A stretch of DNA of 248,000 nucleotides from Andalucia godoyi And28 (GCA_009859145.1 VRVR01000013.1:144001-392000), one strand, 5' to 3'; shown: positions 33,717 through 47,147, counted from the first letter of the stretch. Made by a program: numbers and translations. The notes: a model not told the origin generated them from the sequence alone.

Positions 33717-36700
33717 TTGTTTGTGAAGTGCCAAACGTTGCTTATGAGAGAATGTGTACTAGATGGAGCTCAATTGGTGGTTGCTGCTGGGTCTCGGGTC
33801 CTTGTTTTTGATGCAGCAACGGGCGAAGTAGTGAATGTTTGCAAAGGGCATAAAGAAATGGTGTACTGTGTGTCATATGCTCCGAATGGAAAGCGCTTTG
33901 CGTCTGGAGGAGCGGACAAGTATGTCATTCTGTGGACACCGAAAGGCGAGGGAGCGCTGAAGTACCAACATGCAGAGTCGATTCAGTGCGTGGCATTCAA
34001 TCCAGTGCACCAGTACCTTGCTTCGTGCACGGCAGTGGACTTTGGATTGTGGTCTCCAGACCAGAAATCCGTTGTCAAGTTCAAGGCACCTGCGAAGATC
34101 AATTGCTGTGCATGGACGAATGACGGGTCGTATCTGGCGATTGGGATGCAGAACGGAACGATTTCGATCAGAACAAAAACAGGAGAAGAACGAACAAAAA
34201 TCACGAGGAATGCTCCAATTTTCTCGATTGCTTTTGCGCCCATTCTCAATCCGCAGAGCGGTGCTGGAAATGCTGCGGGCGTCGCAACGGAGACGGCCGC
34301 AACCAATGCTGGCAAGCGAACGAATGTTACACAGGATATGCTGACGGTTGCATCGTGGGATCAAATGATCTCCTTCTATGACGGATCGAACGGTCGCATG
34401 CTGCAACAGAAAAAGGTTGACTTTGATCCGTGTTTTGTGTCGTATTTGCCTTCGGGGGAGTACTTCATCACCGGAGGCACCGATAAGAGAGTCACATTGT
34501 GGACCAGGGACGGAATCAAGTTGTCGGTGGTTGCAGAACGCGATTCTTGGGTTTGGTCAGCTGCGTGCCGGCCTCGAAACTCGACGGTTGCGCTCGGGAC
34601 AGAGGATGGGTCTATTGCTTCCCAGCAGATGGTGTTTTCCACTGTCCACGGCTTGTATCTTGATCAATACGCCTATCGGGACAATATGACAGATGTGATT
34701 CTCCAGAATCTTGTGTCGGACGAAAAGATCTTGCTGAAGTGTCGCGACTACGTGAAAAAGATCGCGATTTACAAGGATAGGCTTGCTGTCCAGCTTCCCT
34801 CTCAAGTTTTGATCTACGAGGTGTACGAAGACGCAGATACTCTTCAGCTGCAGCATCGTGTTATCCAGAAGGTACCTCTTGCTCAGGAGTGTTCGCTTCT
34901 TGTCGTCACTTCCCACCATTTTTTGCTCTGCTTGGATCGTCGACTGTCTCTGTACACTTTCCATGGTGTGAAGGAGCGCGAATGGACGGTGGAATCTGTT
35001 ATTCGGTACGTCAAAGTAACGGGGGGCCCTGTCAAGAAAGAGGGCCTGCTGGTTGGGCTAAAGTCTGGAGCTGTTCTCAAGATTTTTATCGACAACCCAT
35101 TCCCAATGGAGCAGCTGCGGCTGAAGGATCCTGTACGCTGCCTGGATTTGTCAGCATCGAAAGACAGGCTTGCTGCTGTGGATGAGAATTCCAATCTTCT
35201 TGTGTATGACCTTAATACAAAGGAGTTGCTGTTCACGGAACAGGGTGCCACATCTGTTGCATGGAATACTCTGGATGATGAAATGCTTTGTTTCTCGGGA
35301 ATGAATGGTGTGCTTTCGATCAAAACAGGTATGTTCCCTGCGCATACGCAGCGTATGCAAGGGTTTGTTGTGGGCTTCCAAGGCTCCAAGGTTTTCTGCT
35401 TGCAGTATGTGACGATGCAAACGCTGGATGTTCCACACTCGTTCTCAATGCGTCGGTACCTCGACAAGGGAGATTACATCCGTGCGTACGAAATCGCGTG
35501 CCTTGGTGTTACCGAACAAGACTGGCGTGCTTTGGGGTCCGCTGCATTGGTTGCAATGGAGTTGAATGTTGCCCGAAAGGCGTTTGTGCGAGTCCGTGAC
35601 ATCCGCATGCTTGACCTCGTGCATCGCCTTGAGAACACCCGAAAAACAGCGCAGTACAAGGCAAATACGCAGCAAGAGGAAGCTTGCTTGCAAGCAGAAG
35701 TACTGGCCATTGTTGGACGATTTGAAGATGCTGCCAAAGTGTACACCAAGGTCGGTCGGAATGACATGGCCGTCGAGATGTTCTCGCAGTTGCACATGTG
35801 GGACTCGGCGATGAAATGGGCCCAGTCCTCGGCAGACACCGCTGCTGCCGGCGGTGCAAAGGGCGATGGCTTCCGCCAGGTCATGTTGCGCCAAGCCAGT
35901 GCCGCAGAAGAGGCCGGCGATTATGTTGCAGCTGGCGAAATCTACGCACGAATTGGAGAGGTTGGGAAGGCGGTGCAGTTGCTCGGCGACCACAATGCTG
36001 ACGATTCTCTTGCGGATGTCATTAAGGGTCTCCAGTCGAATTCTCAAGATGCGGCGCATTTACGGACGGCATTCAAATATTTCCGGCTGCACAGACAGTA
36101 TGCCTATGCCAAGGAGACTGCATTGAAGCTCGGAGATACCAGGCTGTTGCTGGAGCTGGTTGTTGAAAATCAAAAATGGGACGAAGCTTCGCCGCTTGCG
36201 CAATCCCTTCTTTCCTCTGCGACTGCAGAAAAGGAAAAGAATGCGTCTGCCGCTGCGGATACGACGGAATTTGTCGCGCGTGCATTTTATTTGCCATATG
36301 CTCAATGGCTGGTTGTCCAGGATCGGTTTGAAGAGGCGCAGGCTGCGTTCCGTCTTGCTAATCGTCCGTTCGATGCGATCCGGGTGATGGAGCAACTGAC
36401 CTACAATGCTGTTGTACAACGGCGATTTTCAGATGCTGCTGCGCATTTCTGGATGCTCGCCAGCGAATTGACTCGTGTTCAGTATGACCCGGCATTCAAA
36501 TCCATGCAACCACTCGTCCGAAGGCATTCAGAACGGTGCCAGCGGCTTTCCGAAATCTACTATGCGTATGACATCGTTGCCAAGTACGTGGAGCAGCCGT
36601 TCTCGTCTCATGATGTGGAAAATCTGTTTCACACTGCGCGGTTTGCGTTGATTCGTGTCTTGGAAGACTCTGTGGCGCCGTTTGGGATCTCCCAAGGCCT

Positions 36701-37688
36701 TTTGTACTATGCGCTTGGCAGGCTCGGTCAGATTCTGGAATGCAACAAATTCTCGAGGTTTGCTCTTGACCGTCTGCTGCTGTTCATGGTCCCGATGGAG
36801 TGGCGTATGAAGGCAGAATCAGCAGCATTGGCCATCCGTGGAAAGCCCTTCCGGGATCGCGAAGAAGTGCAGTACGTGTGCTACAAATGCTCTTCTGTGA
36901 ATCCTTTGACCTTTTCCACGGTGCAGCATCACCAGCAGCAGCAACAACAACAGCAACAGCAACAGCAACAACAATCGATGCATAAAGCGGGGTTGAGAGG
37001 CTCTGGTTCTCGGTCGCTTGATTCGTGTGTCGCTTGCGGACACCCATTCGTTCGGTCATTCTACGGATTTCAGCCTCTTCCTCTTGTGGAATTTGAGCTG
37101 GATCAGGCTGAAGCTCCCTTTTCACACGAAGAAGCGCTTCGTATCCTGCGTTCTCGGTCTTCTGCAATTGTTCATTCTTCGGCAGCTCCAAGCGGAAGCA
37201 AGCCAAATGCCCAGAAACCAGGCGGCAAAAAGTGGAATGAAAAGAAGGATGGCTCCGCTGACGTGCTTGCGCTCAATGATTCCGTGGAATACACGGAGGA
37301 TAACGATGACGACGGGGAGGGCTTCCTGGCCACGCGTGCTCCGGTTTCTCGATCCCGGCTTGCCCCATCGGACGATCCGTTTGCTCGTCAGCTTATTGCA
37401 CTTGAAACTGGCCAGGTGTATGAGCCTGTTCGTGTGCTTCGAAGGCATCTCGAAGCCCTGGAGGCCGAAGAAGTCTTTGTTGTGGTTCCTGGCGGTCGCG
37501 ACTCGGGCGCACCACCAAAGTACTATCGATCCATCCTTCCCGACGTTCCCATTCATTTGTGCGGTGCGTGTGGTCACTTTTTCCATCAAGAGGACTTTTC
37601 TTTTGAATCTCTCAAGAACGGAAACGCTTGTCCGTTCTGCCGAGCACCCGCATCCACTTTGGGATCCTCTGCCACCAGCTCCAACTGA
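33717..37688 (+). CDS. IFT122: Intraflagellar transport protein 122
   Basis: WD40 N-terminus, CRDYVKKIAIYKDRLAVQLP, TPR region, C-terminal Zn ribbons. Confidence 0.95.
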   Translation: MFVKCQTLLMRECVLDGAQLVVAAGSRVLVFDAATGEVVNVCKGHKEMVYCVSYAPNGKRFASGGADKYVILWTPKGEGALKYQHAESIQCVAFNPVHQYLASCTAVDFGLWSPDQKSVVKFKAPAKINCCAWTNDGSYLAIGMQNGTISIRTKTGEERTKITRNAPIFSIAFAPILNPQSGAGNAAGVATETAATNAGKRTNVTQDMLTVASWDQMISFYDGSNGRMLQQKKVDFDPCFVSYLPSGEYFITGGTDKRVTLWTRDGIKLSVVAERDSWVWSAACRPRNSTVALGTEDGSIASQQMVFSTVHGLYLDQYAYRDNMTDVILQNLVSDEKILLKCRDYVKKIAIYKDRLAVQLPSQVLIYEVYEDADTLQLQHRVIQKVPLAQECSLLVVTSHHFLLCLDRRLSLYTFHGVKEREWTVESVIRYVKVTGGPVKKEGLLVGLKSGAVLKIFIDNPFPMEQLRLKDPVRCLDLSASKDRLAAVDENSNLLVYDLNTKELLFTEQGATSVAWNTLDDEMLCFSGMNGVLSIKTGMFPAHTQRMQGFVVGFQGSKVFCLQYVTMQTLDVPHSFSMRRYLDKGDYIRAYEIACLGVTEQDWRALGSAALVAMELNVARKAFVRVRDIRMLDLVHRLENTRKTAQYKANTQQEEACLQAEVLAIVGRFEDAAKVYTKVGRNDMAVEMFSQLHMWDSAMKWAQSSADTAAAGGAKGDGFRQVMLRQASAAEEAGDYVAAGEIYARIGEVGKAVQLLGDHNADDSLADVIKGLQSNSQDAAHLRTAFKYFRLHRQYAYAKETALKLGDTRLLLELVVENQKWDEASPLAQSLLSSATAEKEKNASAAADTTEFVARAFYLPYAQWLVVQDRFEEAQAAFRLANRPFDAIRVMEQLTYNAVVQRRFSDAAAHFWMLASELTRVQYDPAFKSMQPLVRRHSERCQRLSEIYYAYDIVAKYVEQPFSSHDVENLFHTARFALIRVLEDSVAPFGISQGLLYYALGRLGQILECNKFSRFALDRLLLFMVPMEWRMKAESAALAIRGKPFRDREEVQYVCYKCSSVNPLTFSTVQHHQQQQQQQQQQQQQQSMHKAGLRGSGSRSLDSCVACGHPFVRSFYGFQPLPLVEFELDQAEAPFSHEEALRILRSRSSAIVHSSAAPSGSKPNAQKPGGKKWNEKKDGSADVLALNDSVEYTEDNDDDGEGFLATRAPVSRSRLAPSDDPFARQLIALETGQVYEPVRVLRRHLEALEAEEVFVVVPGGRDSGAPPKYYRSILPDVPIHLCGACGHFFHQEDFSFESLKNGNACPFCRAPASTLGSSATSSN

Positions 37689-38064
37689 TGCTGTCAAACA
37701 AGATATTAAAAAGGATACATATCTCGCTGTTCATAGTGTGCATCCTTTTTCCTGCGTCCCCCGTCGCCCCCGATTTATTTCAAAAACAATTAACAGTCAT
37801 TTCATCTGAGTTCCCTCCTTCCTTTCTCATTACCAATTTGTGTTGTTGTTGTCTCGGTCGGGTCTCCAAGTCTTCAGTCTTTACTGCCCCCCCACTATTC
37901 TCACGCGCGAGAAACAGACGGCTGCCAATCTTCCACTTTGCGTTTTCATTTCGCGTTTTCTCTTTTTGCCCTCTCTTCTCTCCTCCTTCTTCTTTCCTTT
38001 TTCTGCTTTTCGTCCTCCTTTTCCCTCTGGTTTGTATACTTGATTTTCCGTTTCCTATCGATTT

Positions 38065-39000
38065 TTGGATTCGTTTGAGGCGGATTTGGACACGAGCATG
38101 AATTTGGATGTGTGGGTTTCGTCAATGTTTGGCAACCTGCAGCCAATGTTTTTTGTCAGTTCGATGATTGTGTGCGGTGCCTTGCTTGGTGTTTCTCGCG
38201 TATTCTTCTCTTCCGTGAGCCGCCACTATCGTGCGCTTCCTGGGCACATCAAGACGGAATTTGACTCTCGGATTGTTTCCAACTTCCATGCTATTTTCAT
38301 GGTTGGAAGCGCGTTGTCGATGATTCAGCAGTATCCGCAAGCGATTCACATCCCCGACTTTCCGGCGGTAACGCGTTCACTCTCGTCACCAACCGACCGA
38401 ATGCTCCTGTTTGAGTGGGACGTTTATCTAAGCATCTCGTTCGGATACATTGCGTACGACACACTTCTTGTGATATTCAACTGGTCAACGATTGGAATGC
38501 CTGCACAGACCATTGCGCATCACATAGGTCTTTATGCTTCGCAAACTCCTCCTTTGCATCACTATTTCGTTGGTCTTTCGTTCCTTTGCTATCTTTTTGA
38601 AGCTTCCACCCCCTTTGTGAACAACCGATGGTTCATTGATCATCTCGGACAGGTCGCTGCTAAACATCCCGAGTTGGCAAAAACCAATCCTTCCAAGTTC
38701 TCCCAGTTCTTCCTGTCGCATTCCACAACGTTTGCGAACGGGTTGGCAATGACTCTTGTGTTTTTCGCGTCTCGTATATTGCTCAATCCGTACGTCGTGT
38801 TTAAGCTCTACTACTCGTTTGCAACGCAGGGATGGAATGAGTTCCGCATCCACTGGATTCTGTGTTCTTCGTTCTCAATCTTCTTCATGGGACTGAACTT
38901 CTACTGGTTTTCACTCATGGTCCGCGGAATTATCAAGCGGTTCTACAAGAAGCCAAGTAAGTCCCGCGATGCGAAGAACCATACGACCAAGAGTAGTTAG
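38065..39000 (+). CDS. TLC (TRAM/LAG1/CLN8) domain membrane protein
   Basis: HH motif, EASTPFVNNRW, FFASRI, LNFYWF. Confidence 0.85.
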   Translation: MDSFEADLDTSMNLDVWVSSMFGNLQPMFFVSSMIVCGALLGVSRVFFSSVSRHYRALPGHIKTEFDSRIVSNFHAIFMVGSALSMIQQYPQAIHIPDFPAVTRSLSSPTDRMLLFEWDVYLSISFGYIAYDTLLVIFNWSTIGMPAQTIAHHIGLYASQTPPLHHYFVGLSFLCYLFEASTPFVNNRWFIDHLGQVAAKHPELAKTNPSKFSQFFLSHSTTFANGLAMTLVFFASRILLNPYVVFKLYYSFATQGWNEFRIHWILCSSFSIFFMGLNFYWFSLMVRGIIKRFYKKPSKSRDAKNHTTKSS

Positions 39001-39471
39001 CATCTACTAACTCTCGGCCTAAAAAATATGCCGTTTCCTTATGCTCATCCCTCCCCGCGCCCCCTTCTTCCCCACTGTCAAATCGGCCCAGCAAGCAAAA
39101 CCCAATTCTGGAAACCGCACCTGAACTTCAGACTCAGCAAATGGACGTCACAAGAAACATTCGATCAGGCATCCAACTGTCGCAGACCTCGCACGTTGCA
39201 GCGTCCAACCTTGATGCCACAACTAGGTTTGTTAACTGCAATACTGCAATGCAGACTCACGACAGGTTGTCATGTCAGCGTGACATGGTAAGGAGCCGGC
39301 TTAGCTTCCCTTTGCCAACCCCAACCGTATCGCACACTATGCTATAAGGCAGGAGTGATTCTGGCGTACTGTATCAGTGGTTTTAGTGACTGGAAGATAT
39401 GGAGACAGAAGACGAAAAAACGTCGAGAGAAGAAAGACAGAGGTTTCGTTACTCGTCGGTTGTCGGATACG

Positions 39472-40253
39472 ATGCAGAACGACAACAGCGAGCAAGCGCC
39501 GAGCGACCCAAGCGTCGAATCTTCTGGCCATTCTTCATACACCAGATCCGAATCTGCAACTTCGCGTGCTTATGATGGCGAAGACCGTAGCCGTAACCAC
39601 GAGCATGATGACGGCGAGTCGATCGGCGAGGTGCCGCAGCAGGAGGAACAGCAGCGAGCGGATGTTGCTGTGCGCGCGGTGGATGCTCGTCAAGCACCTC
39701 CAAGGGTCTTGACATATGCAAATGGTGAGCTGAAGCGCGTGAACTTGCTGTACAATGCTATTGGGTGCTTCTCGAACAGCGGAAGCGGACTAGAGCCCCA
39801 GATTCCTGACGAGCTGTTTGAAAATGGGCTGACACCCGAGGTAGTTAAAGAGTGGGCTGCCATATTAGAAGACATCCGAGCGATACGCGCTACTGGCTGC
39901 CGCCAGTGTGGTCGCTGTCTGTTATTCCTATTTCTGCTTCCATGCCTTTGTCGCAGAGAGTGCAGGAAGATGCGTGCGAACATCGAGGAGTGGGATTCTG
40001 CATTCCGGAAATGGCAAGCAGACTTCAACAGGGAGGTCCTTGAACCCCGCTTGGAATGTTCGTCAAGTCACAGTCACATTGCGACGTGTTTTATGACCGC
40101 AATGGTAAACATCGTATTATAGAACGGTGGCTTGCGTTCGCCATGAATCCGGTGGATGCAGAGACCCTCAAAGCGGAACCTCATCTTACCGGCGACATCG
40201 AATCCGGATGCTGCGGCGGCCCAAGCGAACATGAACTGTGCATGCATCCCTGA
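39472..40253 (+). CDS. Hypothetical Erf4/Golgin-A7-like protein with a frame break near 40056
   Basis: ORF 39355-40122 appears to continue in the 40056-40253 frame (EPR/GMFVKSQ). Confidence 0.35.
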
Positions 40254-40269
40254 TCTCAACGTCGAAAAC

Positions 40270-40529
40270 ATTGTGCCCCACTCTTGTAGCTGCATTGCAA
40301 TCGGTTGTATCGTAAAAAGCATATACACATTACATCACCATGCGTTCAGCATCGAGGACATCGAAATGGTCGTCGGGCTGCCCCGCAAGATTGAGCACAC
40401 GCAGCCTGTCCTGGGGCCATTTTGGGGTTTCAACAGCGGTTGTTGCACACCGCACAAGAGTTCAGGGACTGTCAGATCAGGTCGCCATCGTCAGCGATAG
40501 TTATGGATGGTCAGTGCATAATGTCGGCG
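40270..40529 (+). mobile_element. Fanzor2 RuvC fragment plus A-type right end
   Basis: RKI..SLSWGHF/FQQRLLHTAQEFRDCQI then cagtgcataatgtcggcg terminus. Confidence 0.6.
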
Positions 40530-41006
40530 AACAATGAGATGCCATAATGTAGTCATTGTCGCCCGGCTGTGAGCACCTTTCACATCAGTTCACTTGCCAT
40601 TTGCGTAGACATTGTAGACGTTGATGCATGTTCGTGCCAGCGGCATGAACTACTTTTGCCTTGCTTTCTGTCTGTCCCTTTCTGTCTGTCCCTTTCTTTC
40701 TTTCTTCTTCTTCTTCAATAGATCCAGGGAATCAAGAATTTGCATCAAGAAGAGAAGAAAAAAACACAAAGTCAAACAAAACAGTACGGAACAGAAGGTC
40801 AGCGATACTCGTCAATACGCAATAAAAACAATGTATATAAATAATGATAAGAGTAGAAATAGCAGAGCCAGGGTGGACTTCGGATCCAAACAGAGTCTCA
40901 GTAGCGACCTTGGTCTCCAAACAGTGATTGAATTTTGCCACCTTTTTTTGGGTTCACATCACCGAGGGCCTGTGGCATGTTATCGTCGAGAACTGCCAAA
41001 CATACT

Positions 41007-41285
41007 CGAAGACAGATCCAAGCCACGTGTTTTTATTTGGGGCGAGCACCCACTCTTCAATGCAGATTGCTCCGCATCAAAGGGTCATCGCTTCTTCTTG
41101 CTCTCCGTCTCCAACGAGAGGGGATCAACGGTTTCCTTGGTTCTCGCTATCTTCGCGCATGGCCAGTTTGAGTTTGTTGGGAAAGATCCCTCTTTGGAGC
41201 CATGAGATGCTTTGTCTCGGATGACGGGTGCTGCGTGAGGGTTTGATTATGAAAAACGAGCAGACACAGAATAATAGAAAAAACG
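41007..41285 (+). mobile_element. Family C copy 1 (partial)
   Basis: cgaagacagatccaagccac..aatgcagattgctc..gagggtttgattatgaaaa shared with other copies. Confidence 0.7.
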
Positions 41286-41579
41286 ACGTCGGGGAATTTT
41301 TGTTGTGGCGGGGAAATGGGAAGTCCAGCATCACTTGAGCCATCGTTGGTGTTACAGTATGTAGGAGGTGAGGTGGGGACTCTGTGGGCTTTTGCTTTCT
41401 GCATTCTTTGACGATTTCACCGACGACTGGCAGTTCGATGGCAGCTTTTTGTTCTTCGTTCTGTGCATTGTTTCGGCTTGGCTTCGTTCGCAGAGCATAG
41501 CAGACGGGACCAGAGAAGAGAAGAGAAGAGAAGAGAAGAGAATAGAAGAGGTGGAAACAAGAGGTTTTTTTGATCCGAC

Positions 41580-43481
41580 ATGTCGCAGCCCAATCCACTG
41601 ATCCCGCCGCCTGTTCCTGCACCTCATCTTCTCCCCTCATCTACATTCACGCCTGCACCTGCAGCTTCCTTTCCTAACCCTAACCCTAGCCAAATTGTGA
41701 ATCCGAATGTCAACCCAAATGTGGGCCAGGCACACCCTCCTCCACCGATCAACCATGTGGAATTCAAGGTTCTTCGGCTTTCGGCGCCTGTGTTTGACCG
41801 CCGTCCGGTGACGATTGACGACCCGCCGACGGACTCCGTGATCAACGCGTCTGCGCCCGAGGATGTGATCAGCAAGTTCTTTACTCTTACGCCGCGGCTT
41901 TCGCTGCCTGCGTCGTTTGGAGATGTGCGAGTCGGTGAGACGTTCCGTGCGCTCATGGTACTTGTGCGGACCCCGACGTCTTCTCCGACACTTGCACTGC
42001 GATCGGTGTGCATCCATGTGCAGGTATCGGTGCAGTCCGACGCGCTGAGCTCCACAATTGGCCAAGGTACGTCGATGGCGAATGCAAGTGCAAACGCAGG
42101 CATGATGAGCTCGGCTTCTGGAATGGGCATGGGAAAGCGAACCGTTGTGGAAACACTGCCGATGGACAACATGCCGCCTCGCTCGCATCTGGATACCGTG
42201 ATCAATCACAGAGTCATGGCCCCAGGCCAGCATATCATCCAGGCAACCGCGACGTTTTCCATTGATCCAGCCGGAAACGCATCCCAGACACAGATCCAAG
42301 CTGCACAGAGCATCACTTTCCGAAGGTTTTTCAAGTTCATGGCAGTTCTTCCGTTTGCGGTGCGGTGTGTTTCGTTCATTGCAAGCAGAACTGTTGTCGC
42401 TGTCGACATTGAGTGTTTGTCGGATGCACCTCTTTGTCTTGTGGCTGTCCAGGGCATTCCAATCGCTTCCGGAAACAATTCGGGTGGAAGTGGTGGCAGC
42501 GCGTTGCTCGACGATGGCGTGTACATGAAAAAGGGAGATGTGTACAGATGCGTGAGATCTGTTTCGGTGCCTGCGTCGACGATGGATGTGCATGTGGCGT
42601 GGCGATCATCGTTTGGTGCGAGTGGCGAGTGGCTGTTTGAGAGGAATGCCGTAGCGCTCGTGCACCCAAGCGCGTCGCCGTTCCAGTCCTCCTTCTTTTC
42701 TACTCCGAATTCAGGATCTGTCATGTCGGGAAGTGTGAGTGGGGTCGTTCGAAATCCACCGTCCCCAGCGGTTCTCGCGAGACGCTCGTCAGTTCCGCAC
42801 TTGGATTTCACGGATACGATGCTTTTGCTTGCGACGCAGCCGGCAATTAACACTGTTTCTTCTTCGCAGTCTTTGCTCAATCTTGCGTCGGTTTCCGCTG
42901 CTCCGCCGACGACCGCAATTTTTGTTTCCAATCCAAGCAGCACTGGCAGTAGTGGCAGCATGATTTCCAATAGCAGCGGTCATTCCTCCGCGGCTTCCGG
43001 GATGGCGATGCCAATGATGATGGCAAACGACAAGAGCACAAAGATGACAGTCCGGATCGAGGTCTTAAAGATTGAGCCTGCGACTGTTGTTTCAGAGTCT
43101 GCATTCCGTGTCACGTTCCAGATCACGCGGCTCTCCACTGGTGAAAAGGAAAAGGAAAAGGAAACGGGCGACTTGTTGTTTTATGGCGCATATCATGGAA
43201 ATACAAACTTTCCAGTCGATGGACCGCTGTCTGTGCCGTTGGGGCCTTTTGACGCATCAGGACGAATACAGTTTAGCGTCCGTTTCTTTGCCGAGTCTCC
43301 AGGATTGCATCCCCTCGGTCCCATTTATCTCGTGAACACCGCCTCTGGACAGCAATTTGCATTCCACGCGCTTCAGCATATTCTTGTCGTTCCATGCTTC
43401 TCCCTCGATGCAACTCCAGCAACCGCATCCTATGGTCAAGAGGAGACAGTGTCCGCCGCAGTCACCATTGATCCATTCTAA
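41580..43481 (+). CDS. TRAPPC13: TRAPP complex subunit 13
   Basis: KVLRLSAP, LPASFGDVRVGETF, FRRFFKF. Confidence 0.75.
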   Translation: MSQPNPLIPPPVPAPHLLPSSTFTPAPAASFPNPNPSQIVNPNVNPNVGQAHPPPPINHVEFKVLRLSAPVFDRRPVTIDDPPTDSVINASAPEDVISKFFTLTPRLSLPASFGDVRVGETFRALMVLVRTPTSSPTLALRSVCIHVQVSVQSDALSSTIGQGTSMANASANAGMMSSASGMGMGKRTVVETLPMDNMPPRSHLDTVINHRVMAPGQHIIQATATFSIDPAGNASQTQIQAAQSITFRRFFKFMAVLPFAVRCVSFIASRTVVAVDIECLSDAPLCLVAVQGIPIASGNNSGGSGGSALLDDGVYMKKGDVYRCVRSVSVPASTMDVHVAWRSSFGASGEWLFERNAVALVHPSASPFQSSFFSTPNSGSVMSGSVSGVVRNPPSPAVLARRSSVPHLDFTDTMLLLATQPAINTVSSSQSLLNLASVSAAPPTTAIFVSNPSSTGSSGSMISNSSGHSSAASGMAMPMMMANDKSTKMTVRIEVLKIEPATVVSESAFRVTFQITRLSTGEKEKEKETGDLLFYGAYHGNTNFPVDGPLSVPLGPFDASGRIQFSVRFFAESPGLHPLGPIYLVNTASGQQFAFHALQHILVVPCFSLDATPATASYGQEETVSAAVTIDPF

Positions 43482-44198
43482 TCGACGCCCGCCGAGGTAC
43501 GTCTATAACCTTTGGAACAATAAATAAACTTCCATTGTACAGGAACATTTCAGCACTCAGCTCTTCTTCGGCCTGGACTGCTTTGAGGTCTTTGAGTCAA
43601 ACGATGCAGCCGGAAGCACCCAGCCGAGCGCGCGGTACAGAGAAGGCTGAGGGTACCATTTGGACACCGTGAGAGTCGCAGTTGCAGCAGCAGCGAGTGG
43701 AGGGCCGTTTCCTGCGTGCTGCTGCGGCTCGCTTGCGCAAATCGGCTGTGTGTCATCTGCCGACGATCGTAGCGATCCGTCCACGCGGTGAACTCCCGCA
43801 GATTCAAATGCAATCACACGAGCAGGCTTCATCATTATCTATCGGCTATGCATACCCGCTGTCTCCCTGAAATTCGTGTCGTGATTGTGGATGATGACGA
43901 CGAGAATGATGATTCCGACTCTGTCGAGCGGTGCAGAATGCCTGTCTACAGCAGATACAGAGAGATCGTTGACGCTCAAGCACGCACTCAAGTTCGTCGC
44001 CAGAACTCTTTTTCCCAATGCGTTGTTGTGTCGACTAGGTGTTCGTTTTCCAGTTTGTTTTGTTGCTGTTGTTACTTTGCAGCGTTCTCACACTGGGCTC
44101 AGTCGCACACTGGCTCGCAGTCACTGGGGTTCGCACCGCATCGACACTCGATCGTTGCAGGCTTGTTTGTGTGTTTGTGTGCTTGGTTGTATTTTGAA

Positions 44199-44495
44199 AT
44201 GGGTTCGTGGCCAACAGTCGTACATGGAAGGGGACGGGGGTTTCTTCCGGGCGCAAAGAGCCTGCGGTACTTTATGCTGCAGAGCCAGGCGATTGCGCTG
44301 TACCGCCGCGTGTGTCGGTGCACGGCGCCCCGGAGTCTTGCGGACCGGGCGCTTGCTCTTGACATTCGCAGACAAGCTCGATCGGAGTTCGAGGCGAATC
44401 GCAATGTCGTGGACGAGTTTCACATGAGAACACTTCTTGCGGACGGACACGCCAGGCTCAAACAGCTCAAGCAATGCTTCCATCTCGTCGAGTAA
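44199..44495 (+). CDS. LYR-motif protein (LYRM2-like)
   Basis: SLRYFMLQSQAIALYRR..RQARSEF. Confidence 0.75.
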   Translation: MGSWPTVVHGRGRGFLPGAKSLRYFMLQSQAIALYRRVCRCTAPRSLADRALALDIRRQARSEFEANRNVVDEFHMRTLLADGHARLKQLKQCFHLVE

Positions 44496-44783
44496 AACAT
44501 CGGTTGCACTGCTGTATCCGGGCAATGGTGATCTTTTCATTCTGGAGGATGCGCGTCAGTCGTAAAAAGAATCATAAGAATTTGAAAGTCGTTCTTCTTT
44601 CTTCATTTCCTTTATTTCCTTGACTTTTCTTGATTTGTACAGTGTATATGGAGCAGGCCTTTTTTGTTGGGCTCTTGGTTCACGGAATGAGGCTACCTGC
44701 ACAATTCACACCATTCTCACAATTCACACGAGTCCTGACCACAAAGTAGTCATCCGCAAGCATTTTTTGATCACTGGCACTTC

Positions 44784-45254
44784 ATGAGCGGCGGCCGGAT
44801 TGCATGCTTGGATGTTGGGCTGCGGCGCATTGGGATTGCAATGTCGACACCGGATGCAAGGATCGCACTTCCGCACGCGATTCTGACGATTCCAAGAGCA
44901 AGCGCAGGAGCAAGAGGAAGCGCAGCGCAGTTTGCGGCACGACACGTGGAGACGGTGTTTCAGACAAAGAACGTGTTTCGCTGTGTGGTTGGAGATCCCA
45001 TCAATGCCCAAAATGGTGCAATGTCGAGACACGTGCACGCCACCGTGGACGCCATGCGCTGCGCTTCCCAATTCCTGGCGCATCGTGTCGAATGGGTGTT
45101 TTGGGACGAGCGGTTCTCGTCGGTGCAAGCAGACCGAATTGTCACTGCGGTGGGAAAAGACATTCGCAATCACCACAATGACGATGTGGCCGCCAGTCTC
45201 GTGCTCGATTCTTATCTCCAGTTCCTCGTGACCACGTCCCACGTGAAATCGTAA
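44784..45254 (+). CDS. YqgF/RuvX-like RNase H-fold nuclease
   Basis: LDVGLRRIGIAMS, VVGDP, WDERFSS, DDVAASLVLDSYL. Confidence 0.75.
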   Translation: MSGGRIACLDVGLRRIGIAMSTPDARIALPHAILTIPRASAGARGSAAQFAARHVETVFQTKNVFRCVVGDPINAQNGAMSRHVHATVDAMRCASQFLAHRVEWVFWDERFSSVQADRIVTAVGKDIRNHHNDDVAASLVLDSYLQFLVTTSHVKS

Positions 45255-45434
45255 CAAATCGCAGTGTATCACAAAACAAAAAAACCAGTCCTCTATTTTT
45301 CTTTTTTTCTGATGCTGAACGATTTACATACAAAGGGGAGAAAACAACGGAAAACCAAATCGAAAAAAAAATAATTTCTTCTTCTTTTCGTATTTTTCTT
45401 CTCGGAAGAGAAAAGGAAAAAAAAGAAAACCTGC

Positions 45435-47147
<1,713 letters not shown>

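Noticed and set aside
39028-39350. Possible Fanzor1 remnant (KWTSQ, LQC..C..W)
   Set aside because: Motifs too short, no RuvC-III motif and no second copy in the window.
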